From Spirochaetia bacterium (GTDB lineage: Bacteria; Spirochaetota; Spirochaetia; UBA9216): a DNA stretch of 64,000 bases. Location of the stretch: the NCBI GenBank assembly GCA_963677925.2, contig CAXXYH010000003.1, positions 2,141,823-2,205,822 of the forward strand, written 5' to 3'. Below the pieces are notes generated by a model that was not told the origin of the DNA, did no database searches, and saw nothing but the letters and a program-made list of their open reading frames with translations. Of the stretch, positions 10,209 to 19,142 are shown piece by piece. The position numbers and the translations under genes are program-made. Positions within the stretch are counted from its first letter, which is position 1, and every line of letters starts with the position of its first letter.

Positions 10209-10853
10209 TTATTTTTTACCGGCACCGGCACCTGAACCGCCTGCGTTTGTCTGAGTCTGAGTCTGGTCACCATCGCCGTCACAGTCGTTATCGCAGTCTC
10301 CATCCTGATCCCGGTCACGATCCCTGTCCTGATCCGGCTCATCAACTCGATCCCTGAGCTGATCCTGATCCTGATCTTTCAGCTGATCTGCTTCCGCATC
10401 CGGGTCCTGTGTTTTGTCCCGATCCCTGGCCTGTGTTTTATCCGGATCAGGCTCCTGATCAAGATCTTTCTGTCTGTCGCGCAGTCTATCCTGAAGCTGA
10501 TCACCGGTGCAGTCTACGGCCGCTTCGTAAAGCTGGCAGACGATAAGTCTTGCCTGTGCCATAGTCATTTCCATATTACGGACTGCTGTTAACAGTCTTT
10601 CCATTTCTCCATAATCGACGCTGTTATCCCTGTTGTTATTCTCTCTAAGAAGATGAAGCTGGGTGATTGCCTCTTCAAGGGTAATTTCATCTTTCTGCAC
10701 CTGCTCGGCTAAAGCGGCAAATTCTTCATCAAGCTGAATCCCGTAGGGTAAGCCTTCATCTGCCTTTCCCATTGAAAATACGGGCAGTGAAACAGCTACC
10801 AGCATTGCCAGTACCAGAAATACAATCAGATTCAATTTGTTTAATTTAACCAT
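10209..10853 (-). CDS. exported hypothetical protein, one helical domain plus D/Q/R-repeat tail
   Basis: AGGAGG RBS, signal peptide ending VFS-MGK, DQDQDQLRDR/DRDRDRDQD repeats. Confidence 0.8.
   Translation of the reverse strand: MVKLNKLNLIVFLVLAMLVAVSLPVFSMGKADEGLPYGIQLDEEFAALAEQVQKDEITLEEAITQLHLLRENNNRDNSVDYGEMERLLTAVRNMEMTMAQARLIVCQLYEAAVDCTGDQLQDRLRDRQKDLDQEPDPDKTQARDRDKTQDPDAEADQLKDQDQDQLRDRVDEPDQDRDRDRDQDGDCDNDCDGDGDQTQTQTNAGGSGAGAGKK
10240..10505 (-). repeat. coding low-complexity repeats (GATCAG/GATCGG-like hexamers encoding DQ/DR)
   Basis: Imperfect hexamer repeats inside the 10209-10853 CDS. Confidence 0.75.
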
Positions 10854-10895
10854 TCTTTCCTCCTGAAAAATCCGGATTTACCGGTTTATATTCAG

Positions 10896-10927
10896 AGTAT
10901 AAAAACAGAATGTGGCGGAAATGCGAC
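10896..10927 (-). promoter_or_regulatory. promoter with tandem direct repeat, probable OmpR-family box
   Basis: -10 TATACT (10901-10896); GTCGCATT and GCCACATT repeated at an 11-nt period (10927-10909) in place of a consensus -35. Confidence 0.5.
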
Positions 10928-10941
10928 AGTGAATAAAATTT

Positions 10942-11808
10942 TTAATATTTTTTCCGTGTCAGAATATCTTTGCTCTTGCGGATCTGTCCGGAGTTTCTTT
11001 CATAATCACGCACCATCAATGCCATCTGGATAAGGCTTATTATCGACAGCTCGCTTATTCTGGCTGCTGGAAGGTCACTCATTACCTCAGATTTTCTTGC
11101 ACATGACTGCAGAAGTATATCTGTATACTTTGACACAGGAGAGTTTGCATAACCGGTAATTGTAATTGTAGTAGCCCCCTGCTTTTTAGCCTCCTGCATT
11201 GAATCAACAACATTTTTTGACCTTCCGCTGTGAACTACAGCAATAACAGCATCACCGGGATGAAGCTGGGAGGCTGCCGTTATCTGAACAATTGCATCGT
11301 TATAATAGCTGCATGGAATACCGATCTGCAGAAATAAGTGAAACGCGTATAAAGCCGAAATTCCGGAGGCTCCTTCACCGTAGATGTGGATATTTTTTGC
11401 TTTTGAGAGAGTCTTTACTGCAAGTTCGAGCGCCTCATCATCAACCAGCTGTTCAGTTTCATCAATTACCTTCTTATTAAACTGAAAGGTTTTCTGTTTC
11501 AGGATTGCGATAGAATCATTCGGCTCTATCTGCATTATTTCATCGGAAGGAGAAAGAAACTCTCTTTCTATGTAGAACTTGAACTCATTAAAGCCCTTAA
11601 AGCCTAAAGTCCGGCAGAATCTTACAACTGTAGCCGCACTGGTCTGAACATTTTCTGCAATATCAGCTGTAGTCATATTCAGAATATCAGTCTTAACAAG
11701 AAGAATATAATCGGCAATCTTCTTTTCAGACTCACTCAAAACATCGTAATTGCTGGCTATTCTAGTTAAATATTCAATCTGTTCTACCGTTTTATCGTTC
11801 CCATTCAT
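10942..11808 (-). CDS. RpiR/MurR family transcriptional regulator (HTH + SIS)
   Basis: LSESEKKIADYIL, SAATVVRFCRTLGFKGF, SIS HSGRS; start set at MNGNDK. Confidence 0.93.
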   Translation of the reverse strand: MNGNDKTVEQIEYLTRIASNYDVLSESEKKIADYILLVKTDILNMTTADIAENVQTSAATVVRFCRTLGFKGFNEFKFYIEREFLSPSDEIMQIEPNDSIAILKQKTFQFNKKVIDETEQLVDDEALELAVKTLSKAKNIHIYGEGASGISALYAFHLFLQIGIPCSYYNDAIVQITAASQLHPGDAVIAVVHSGRSKNVVDSMQEAKKQGATTITITGYANSPVSKYTDILLQSCARKSEVMSDLPAARISELSIISLIQMALMVRDYERNSGQIRKSKDILTRKKY

Positions 11809-11839
11809 GTAATGCATTTTAACATTAATATGTAATTTA

Positions 11840-11941
11840 TGAAATGTATTACAGAAAAACATTGACAATGTCTTCCAGCGGTTTTAAAGTGTATGTGAAA
11901 TACGTTTCATGTTTTAACAATTTTTATTGTAATATATTTCA
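11840..11941 (+). promoter_or_regulatory. promoter of the SDR operon with three RpiR-type operators
   Basis: TTGACA (11862)-17-TAAAGT (11885); palindromes TGAAATGTATTACA (11840), TGAAATACGTTTCA (11896), TGTAATATATTTCA (11928). Confidence 0.7.
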
Positions 11942-11952
11942 TTTATAAGGAG

Positions 11953-12714
11953 ATGAATATGACTCTGAAAGAAAGGGTTGCGATTGTAACCGGAGCGGGC
12001 TCACCAAAGGGAATAGGCAGGGCGACCGCAGTCAAACTTGCAGAATACGGTGCATTTATTGTAGTTGCCGATTTAAACCTCAGCGGTGCTGAAGCTGTAG
12101 CGGAAGAAATCAGAAAGTCCGGTGGAAAAGCCTTAGCAGTTGAGGTTAATGTAACTGATAAGAAATCTATCGATGTTCTTATGAAAAAAACTGTAAGTGA
12201 GTTCGGGCGGCTTGATATCCTGGTAAATATAGCAGGAATCACCCAGCCGGTAAGAGTTCCTCAGACAACTGAAGCAGACTGGGACCGGGTTATGAATGTA
12301 AACCTGAAAAGCACCTTTCTCTGCTCCCAGGCTGCAATTGAACTGATGAAAAAAAACAAGTACGGACGAATCGTGAACATGAGTTCTGTTTCGGCCAAGC
12401 AGGGGGGAGGCGTATTCGGAGGAGCCCATTACTCTGCAGCAAAGGCAGGAATACTCGGATTTTCCAAAGCACTGGCACGTGAAGTAGTAACCGACGGAAT
12501 AACCGTAAACTGTGTAGCCCCCGGAGCAGTTGCTACCGAAATCAGGAAGGGCATCTCTGATAAAGATGAAAATACCATAATCAGCGGTATTCCGATGGGC
12601 AGAACCGGCCGACCTGAAGAAATTGCCTTTACTATAGCTTTTCTTGCAGCTGATGAAGCTGCATATATCACCGGAGAAGACATCGACATCAACGGCGGAG
12701 CCTTCATAGACTAA
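11953..12714 (+). CDS. SDR family oxidoreductase
   Basis: TGAGSPKGIG, NIAG, catalytic YSAAK preceded by GGGVFGGAH. Confidence 0.93.
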   Translation: MNMTLKERVAIVTGAGSPKGIGRATAVKLAEYGAFIVVADLNLSGAEAVAEEIRKSGGKALAVEVNVTDKKSIDVLMKKTVSEFGRLDILVNIAGITQPVRVPQTTEADWDRVMNVNLKSTFLCSQAAIELMKKNKYGRIVNMSSVSAKQGGGVFGGAHYSAAKAGILGFSKALAREVVTDGITVNCVAPGAVATEIRKGISDKDENTIISGIPMGRTGRPEEIAFTIAFLAADEAAYITGEDIDINGGAFID

Positions 12715-12725
12715 GAGGAATAAAT

Positions 12726-13559
12726 ATGACTGATGAGAAAACAATAAAACTTCTGAAAGAAAAAGCTGTCAAACTGCGTATTACTGCGCTGACAATGATC
12801 CATGAAGCAAAATCCGGACATCCGGGAGGCTCTCTCTCTGCAGCTGATTTTATAGCTGCTCTGTATTTTAATGAACTCAATCTGAGGCCGGAAGATCCTA
12901 AATGGCCTGACCGTGACAGGTTTGTTCTTTCAAAAGGACATGTATGTCCTATCCTGTACTCTGCACTTGCCCTCCGCAACTTTTTCCCCTATGAAGCAAT
13001 ACATACCCTCCGAAAACAGGGTTCAATCCTTCAGGGTCATCCTGATATGAAGGTATGTCCCGGCATTGATATTTCAACAGGCTCTCTCGGCCAGGGGCTT
13101 TCAACAGCAGTAGGAATGGCAATTGCCGGAAAGAGAGATAATAAAAACTACAGAGTCTTCTGCCTTGTAGGCGACGGGGAATGCCAGGAAGGACAGATTT
13201 GGGAAGCAGTAATGAGTGCTGTCAAATACAAACTGGATAACCTGGTCATAATTGTTGATAACAACAACCTGCAGAACGACAACACCTGCGACGTTGTTAT
13301 GCCGACCGGAGATTTAACTTTAAAATTCGGTGCATTCGGATGTGATTCAGTATATATAAACGGTCACCGCATGGAGGAAATTACTCAGGCTCTTGATCGT
13401 ATAAGAGATAAAAAGGACGGCAGACCGAAAGTAATTGTTGGAAAAACCGTCAAGGGCAAAGGCGTCTCATTCATGGAAAACGTTGTAATGTGGCATGGTG
13501 TAGCCCCTGATGAACAACAGTATAAGCAGGCAGTAAAAGAAGTGGAGGCCCTGGTATGA
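12726..13559 (+). CDS. split transketolase, N-terminal (TPP-binding) subunit
   Basis: SGHPGGSLS, DRFVLSKGH, TGSLGQG, GDGE...N TPP motif. Confidence 0.95.
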   Translation: MTDEKTIKLLKEKAVKLRITALTMIHEAKSGHPGGSLSAADFIAALYFNELNLRPEDPKWPDRDRFVLSKGHVCPILYSALALRNFFPYEAIHTLRKQGSILQGHPDMKVCPGIDISTGSLGQGLSTAVGMAIAGKRDNKNYRVFCLVGDGECQEGQIWEAVMSAVKYKLDNLVIIVDNNNLQNDNTCDVVMPTGDLTLKFGAFGCDSVYINGHRMEEITQALDRIRDKKDGRPKVIVGKTVKGKGVSFMENVVMWHGVAPDEQQYKQAVKEVEALV

Positions 13560-14491
13560 CGAAAGAAGGAAAGGCAACAAGAGAGGCATACGGGGATGAG
13601 ATCCTTATTCTTGGTAAGGAGAATCCGAACATCTATGTAGTGGATGCTGATATTGGGAAATCATGCAAGACTGTTCCGTTTTCAAATGAACTGCCCCTGC
13701 AGCATGTTAATGTGGGAATTGCAGAGCAGAATGCCTGCGGAGTAGGCGCCGGACTTGCGACCTGCGGAAAGATTCCCTTTGTAACAACTTATGCAGTCTT
13801 CGGCTCTATGAGAATGAGCGAACAGATAAGGCAGGAAGTCTGCTACCCGAAGCTGAATGTCAAGATTGCCTGTTCACACGGCGGATTCACTCCGGCTAAC
13901 GACGGGGCAAGTCATCAGGGAATTGAAGACATGGGAATTCTAAGAACTATTCCTAATATGACTGTTGTAATGCCGGCCGATTACCATTCTGCCAGAAAGC
14001 TGGTAAGAGAAGCAGCTTATTATGACGGCCCGGTATATCTCAGATTTACCAGAGATCCAATACCGTATATTTATGATGAACATTCAGAATTCAAACTGGG
14101 GAAAGCGAACGTTCTAAAAGAAGGTAAAGATATTTCAATTATTGCAAACGGTGATATTATGAGCATTGCCCTTGAGGCTGCTGAAATCCTCGAAGGCAGG
14201 GGATATTCTGTACGACTTCTTGATATGCACACAATTAAACCGCTTGATGAAGAGGCGGTAATGGGCTGTATTAAAGACACCGGTAAAATAATAACCGTCG
14301 AAGACCACAATATTCTCAATGGTCTGGGAAGTGCTGTTTGTGAACTTGCAGCCGAACATGGTTCCTGCCGGGTTGCAAGAGTTGGCATTCAGGATCAGTT
14401 TGGAGAATCAGCCCCCTATGACTACCTTCTGCAGAAGAATGGTATAACAGCCGAAAATATTGTTGAAAAAGCACTGATGCTGCTTGGGTAG
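13556..14491 (+). CDS. split transketolase, C-terminal subunit
   Basis: GIAEQN, DGASHQ, GPVYLR, TIKPLD; 4-nt overlap with the N subunit. Confidence 0.95.
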   Translation: MTKEGKATREAYGDEILILGKENPNIYVVDADIGKSCKTVPFSNELPLQHVNVGIAEQNACGVGAGLATCGKIPFVTTYAVFGSMRMSEQIRQEVCYPKLNVKIACSHGGFTPANDGASHQGIEDMGILRTIPNMTVVMPADYHSARKLVREAAYYDGPVYLRFTRDPIPYIYDEHSEFKLGKANVLKEGKDISIIANGDIMSIALEAAEILEGRGYSVRLLDMHTIKPLDEEAVMGCIKDTGKIITVEDHNILNGLGSAVCELAAEHGSCRVARVGIQDQFGESAPYDYLLQKNGITAENIVEKALMLLG

Positions 14492-15454
14492 GTGAGAATG
14501 AATATAGTTATTTTAGACGGATATACCCTCAATCCGGGAGACCTCAGCTGGGATGAATTTAAAGAGCTGGGAAAGCTCACTGTTTACGACAGAACAGGTA
14601 AGGATGAACTTACGGCACGGCTTAAAGGCGCCGAAGCCGTCTTCACAAACAAAGTTCCGATTACCGCAGAAGTTCTTGACGCCAATCCGGGAATCAAATT
14701 CATAGGAGTTCTTGCAACAGGTTTCAATGTAGTAGATATCAAAGCTGCAGCAGACAGGGGAATACCTGTCTGCAATATTCCTACATACGGAACCTCTGCA
14801 GTTTCTCAGTTTGTATTTGCTCAGCTTTTAAACATCTGTCACCATGTACAGGATCATGCCGATTCTGTTAACGCAGGAGACTGGACAGCGGCCGAGGACT
14901 GGTGTTACTGGAACTTTCCGCTTACCGAACTTGCCGGAAAAACCATGGGAATTATTGGTTTCGGCCGCATAGGTCAGGCTGTAGGCAGAATAGCAAACGC
15001 CTTCGGCATGAAGGTGATAGCATATGATGAGTTCAAAAACCCATCACTTGAAAGTGATGTTATGCAGTATACCGGGCTTGATACGGTCTTTACCGAATCT
15101 GATGTAATATCCCTTCACTGTCCGCTTACACCGGCAACAGAGGGACTTGTAAACAGAGAAAACATTTTAAAAATGAAGGATGGCGTCATTCTTATAAACA
15201 CATCACGCGGGCCTCTGGTAGTAGAATCCGATCTTGCAGAGGCTCTGAACAGAGGAAAGCTGAGGGCGGCAGGACTTGACGTAGTTTCAACTGAACCCAT
15301 TAAAGCGGACAATCCTCTGCTGAAAGCAAAAAACTGCTATATTACACCTCATATAGCCTGGGCACCTTCAGAATCAAGAAAGCGACTAATGGATATTGCG
15401 GTGGAAAATCTTAAATCATTTATAAACGGAAAAGTTATCAATCAGGTTAACTGA
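14492..15454 (+). CDS. D-2-hydroxyacid dehydrogenase (glycerate dehydrogenase/hydroxypyruvate reductase-like)
   Basis: LNPGDLSW, GFGRIG, INTSRG, TPHIAW. Confidence 0.92.
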   Translation: MRMNIVILDGYTLNPGDLSWDEFKELGKLTVYDRTGKDELTARLKGAEAVFTNKVPITAEVLDANPGIKFIGVLATGFNVVDIKAAADRGIPVCNIPTYGTSAVSQFVFAQLLNICHHVQDHADSVNAGDWTAAEDWCYWNFPLTELAGKTMGIIGFGRIGQAVGRIANAFGMKVIAYDEFKNPSLESDVMQYTGLDTVFTESDVISLHCPLTPATEGLVNRENILKMKDGVILINTSRGPLVVESDLAEALNRGKLRAAGLDVVSTEPIKADNPLLKAKNCYITPHIAWAPSESRKRLMDIAVENLKSFINGKVINQVN

Positions 15455-15482
15455 GCCCTTTTATCTCTTATATTTAATTTAT

Positions 15483-15520
15483 AAAAAAGAGGGACCGACA
15501 GGTGGCTGCTTGTCGGTCCC
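15483..15520 (-). terminator. intrinsic terminator between convergent operons
   Basis: Stem GGGACCGACA/TGTCGGTCCC (15491-15520) followed by a T-run on the minus strand; second hairpin CTGCAAAAC/GTTTTGCAG at 15546-15570. Confidence 0.8.
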
Positions 15521-15578
15521 GGAAAAAAAGAAGTGTTTTAACTATCTGCAAAACCAGGGTAGTTTTGCAGCTGGTTCA

Positions 15579-17147
15579 TTATTTATAATATGCATTCTGC
15601 ACATTAATATTTGGTGAGAAATAGTAGCCCTCAAGTCTGGCATTTACAAGGTTAACATCATACTGATCAACAAGTGAGAATCCGAATGCATTCTCGGCCC
15701 AGAGAACCGCTAAGTCATAATATACCTTTGCCCTTTCTGAATCCTCTACGGTGCTCATGGCTTTGAATAGAATGTCTCCTACTTTCTTTGCCTCCGGATC
15801 ATCGGCATAATGCCATTTACCGCTTCCGCCGCCCTTGTTGCTTTCCGGTCTTATAGAAGACATCGCTCCGCTTGGTTCATAGAGGTTTCCGAAATTCCAG
15901 ACAAACATGTCATAATCATTTTCGCTGAGCATATAGGCATTGAAAGCTGCTGTTTCCATGAATACAAGTTCAACCTCTACACCGGCTTTTGCGAGCATAC
16001 TTGGAATCAACTCGGCAATGGATCTTCTGCTCGGGTTACTGTCTACATAAAGACTGACTTTAAGTCCGTCGGGGTATCCGGCTTCAGCAAGCAGCGCTTT
16101 GGCTTTTTCAGGATCATAGTTGTATTTAAGTTCTTCCGGAAGATCCGGTGAATACCAGGAACCGCCGGGAAAGAGGTTTGTTGAAGGTTCTCCTTTCGGG
16201 CCGAAGACTGCATCGGCAACGGAATCCCTGTCCAGAGCATAGCAGAGAGCCTGTCTGACTTTTACATCGTCAAAGGGAGCATGTGAACAGTTGAATCCAA
16301 GATAGTGAATACACATTGATGCATCGGCTTTCCAGACCTTGGCATTTTCGCTGTCGCCTCGTTCTACACGATTAATATCTTCAGTTGATCCGGTTCTGTA
16401 AATATCTACTTCACCCCGTTCCAGCTCAATCATTCTGATCGAAGATTCGGTAATAATTCTTATCTCAAGTTCGCTGACTTCAGGCTTACCGCCCCAGTAA
16501 TTATCAAAAGCTTCAAACGAAACACTTATACCCGCTTTCCAGTCCGTAACCTTCCATGGGCCGGTCCCGGTAAATCCGGCAGAAGCACTGCTTTCAGCCT
16601 CAAATGTGTTTTTGTTTACTACAAAGAGGTTCGACAGCAGGTGCGGGATAGTACCCACAGGAAACCTTGCAGGAACATAGACGGTATATTCATCGATTGC
16701 TTTTACATTATCCTTATCAATTGCTGTCAAAATAGCTGAAAGCGCCTGGTGTTTCTTTGCAACCTCGAATGAGTAGAGTACATCCGCTGAGGTCATTTTA
16801 TCACCATTGTGAAAATAAACATCATCACGAAGGTGCAGGGTTATACCTCTATTGCCTTCATCGTAGATATAATCAGTAACAAGCCAGGGAACCAACTCTC
16901 CATCCTGGTTGTACAGAAACAGGGTTTCAATTGCCTGAGTTGTTAAAGTAAGCTGAGGCCCGAATGATCCTCCGTAGGGATTCATAGTGCCTGGATCCAT
17001 ATTCATGGCAATTACAATCTTGTCTTTTGCAGGGGCGTCTTCCCCGGCAGCAGAGTTCTTCGATTTACCTGAACATCCAAACGAAAGTAAGGACAAGACA
17101 AGAGCACACACTAAAAGTACAGGAATCAGGTTTACTCGCTTTTTCAT
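15579..17147 (-). CDS. ABC transporter substrate-binding lipoprotein, family 5 (Opp/Dpp-like)
   Basis: Lipobox SFGC, LRDDVYFHNG, GTGPW, PFDDVKVRQAL. Confidence 0.92.
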   Translation of the reverse strand: MKKRVNLIPVLLVCALVLSLLSFGCSGKSKNSAAGEDAPAKDKIVIAMNMDPGTMNPYGGSFGPQLTLTTQAIETLFLYNQDGELVPWLVTDYIYDEGNRGITLHLRDDVYFHNGDKMTSADVLYSFEVAKKHQALSAILTAIDKDNVKAIDEYTVYVPARFPVGTIPHLLSNLFVVNKNTFEAESSASAGFTGTGPWKVTDWKAGISVSFEAFDNYWGGKPEVSELEIRIITESSIRMIELERGEVDIYRTGSTEDINRVERGDSENAKVWKADASMCIHYLGFNCSHAPFDDVKVRQALCYALDRDSVADAVFGPKGEPSTNLFPGGSWYSPDLPEELKYNYDPEKAKALLAEAGYPDGLKVSLYVDSNPSRRSIAELIPSMLAKAGVEVELVFMETAAFNAYMLSENDYDMFVWNFGNLYEPSGAMSSIRPESNKGGGSGKWHYADDPEAKKVGDILFKAMSTVEDSERAKVYYDLAVLWAENAFGFSLVDQYDVNLVNARLEGYYFSPNINVQNAYYK

Positions 17148-17192
17148 TTTTTCCTCCTAAAATATATCAATCTGAAAGGCAGAGCCTTCAGA

Positions 17193-18152
17193 CTAAGTTA
17201 CTGATGCAGGAACCCTGGCATGATGACATGCGACATTATGTCCGGGTCTAAGTTCCGTTAGTACAGGAGAGACGCTGAAACAGTCCTCCTGGGCATAAAG
17301 ACAGCGTGCGGCAAATCTGCAGCCGGGCTTCGGATTCACCGGAGAGGTAACTTCTCCTTTGAGAAGTATTCTTTTCTTCTTGCGGCCGAATTCCGGTACG
17401 GGAACCGCACTCAGCAGCGCCTGTGTATAAGGGTGCATCGGATTTTCGAACAGTTCATCTGCAGAGCAGAATTCCACAGCCTGACCCAGATACATAACCA
17501 GAATATTAGTTGAAAGATATTTAACAACTGAAAGGTCATGCGAAATGAACATATAGGTAAGCCCCATACTGCTCTGAAGATCAAGCATAAGGTTTATTAC
17601 CTGTGCCTGAATTGAGACATCAAGAGCAGAAACCGGTTCATCGCAGACGATAAACTCCGGATTGAGAGCAAGAGCACGTGCTATTCCTATTCGCTGTCTG
17701 CGTCCGCCGTCAAGCTCATGCGGATAGGAGTCCGCAAGTCTCGGAGTAAGGCCTACAGTATCCATGAGTTCCCTGACACGGTTTTTCCGTTCAGACCTCT
17801 TTATATGTTCATTTTTCAGCGGTTCATCAATGATCTGACTTACAGTCATTCGCGGATTCAGTGAAGAAAAGGGATCCTGAAATATAATCTGCATATCCTT
17901 TCTAAGTTCTTTTATTTTTGAGGGTTTCACATTTGTTATATCTTCACCCTTAAATTCAATCTTTCCTCCGGTATTATCCAGCAGATGAAGAATAACTCTG
18001 CCCAGAGTTGATTTTCCGCAGCCGGACTCTCCGACTACACCAAGGATTTCTCCTTTTTTAATGGAAAAGGAAACATCATCCACTGCGTGCAGAAGCCCCC
18101 TGGGGGTTTGGAAATATTTTTTCAGCCCATGTACATCAAGCAGTCCGCTCAT
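17193..18152 (-). CDS. peptide-type ABC ATP-binding protein (OppF-like)
   Basis: GESGCGKS, FQDPFSSLNPR, C-terminal Cys cluster; start MSGLLDV. Confidence 0.93.
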   Translation of the reverse strand: MSGLLDVHGLKKYFQTPRGLLHAVDDVSFSIKKGEILGVVGESGCGKSTLGRVILHLLDNTGGKIEFKGEDITNVKPSKIKELRKDMQIIFQDPFSSLNPRMTVSQIIDEPLKNEHIKRSERKNRVRELMDTVGLTPRLADSYPHELDGGRRQRIGIARALALNPEFIVCDEPVSALDVSIQAQVINLMLDLQSSMGLTYMFISHDLSVVKYLSTNILVMYLGQAVEFCSADELFENPMHPYTQALLSAVPVPEFGRKKKRILLKGEVTSPVNPKPGCRFAARCLYAQEDCFSVSPVLTELRPGHNVACHHARVPASVT

Positions 18153-18153
18153 T

Positions 18154-19140
18154 TTATTTTTCCTCCATTGGGTACAAATGACACCTGACGCAATGGCCTT
18201 TCCCGATATCAGCCAGTTCGGGTTCCACCGATTCGCAAATTTCCATCTTCTTTGGACAGCGCGGAGCAAAGCTGCATCCGGCCGGCAGATTGGAAGGATC
18301 AGGCATCAGTCCGGGAATCGGCTCAAGCCTGGAAGTTTTGGAATCGAGCCTTGGCAGTGAGCCGAATAAACCGATGGTGTACGGGTGCATAGTTCCGGTA
18401 TAAATCTGTTCTGTTGTACCCTGCTCTACTATTCTCCCAGCATATATAATTGCTACACGTTCGGTCATCTCGGCAATTACTCCCAGGTCATGCGTGATAA
18501 GTATCATCGAGGTACCCGTTTTCTGCTGAATATCGTTTACCATATCAAGAACCTGTGCCTGAATAGTCACATCAAGCGCCGTTGTAGGCTCATCGGCAAT
18601 CAGGAGATCCGGTTCACAGACCATGGCCATTGCAATCACAATCCGCTGTTTCATACCGCCCGAAAACTGATGCGGATAATCGCTGTACCGGTCTGCGGGA
18701 ATTCCGACCATTTCAAGAATTTCACAGGCCCGTATATATGCATCTTTTTTAGAGAGCTTGTTATGGAGTCTTATTCCCTCCATTATCTGCTCACCTACAG
18801 TGTCGATCGGATTAAGTGCGGACATAGGGTCCTGAAAAATCATTGATATTTTGTTACCTCTGATTTTACGCATCTCAGCCTCAGAAGTTTTAAAAAGTGA
18901 TGTACCGTTAAATTCGATACTGCCGTCAATAACTCTGGCCGGCGGATCAGGCAGCAGCCCAAGAATTCCCAAAGCAACGGTTGTTTTTCCTGCCCCGGTT
19001 TCTCCGACAAGGCCAAGGGTTTCACCCTTCTTAACTTCCAGAGAGATTCCGTTTACAGCTTCAACAGTACTGTTATGAAGCACATAGTGAATTCTCAAAT
19101 TTTCTATGTTAAGCAGTTTGCTATCATTTATATTTTCCAT
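18154..19140 (-). CDS. peptide-type ABC ATP-binding protein (OppD-like)
   Basis: GETGAGKT, YPHQFSGGMKQR, DEPTTALD. Confidence 0.93.
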   Translation of the reverse strand: MENINDSKLLNIENLRIHYVLHNSTVEAVNGISLEVKKGETLGLVGETGAGKTTVALGILGLLPDPPARVIDGSIEFNGTSLFKTSEAEMRKIRGNKISMIFQDPMSALNPIDTVGEQIMEGIRLHNKLSKKDAYIRACEILEMVGIPADRYSDYPHQFSGGMKQRIVIAMAMVCEPDLLIADEPTTALDVTIQAQVLDMVNDIQQKTGTSMILITHDLGVIAEMTERVAIIYAGRIVEQGTTEQIYTGTMHPYTIGLFGSLPRLDSKTSRLEPIPGLMPDPSNLPAGCSFAPRCPKKMEICESVEPELADIGKGHCVRCHLYPMEEK

Positions 19141-19142
19141 AA

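Noticed and set aside
10240-10505. Repeats considered as a CRISPR array or non-coding repeat
   Set aside because: In-frame imperfect hexamers without unique spacers; no cas genes in the window.
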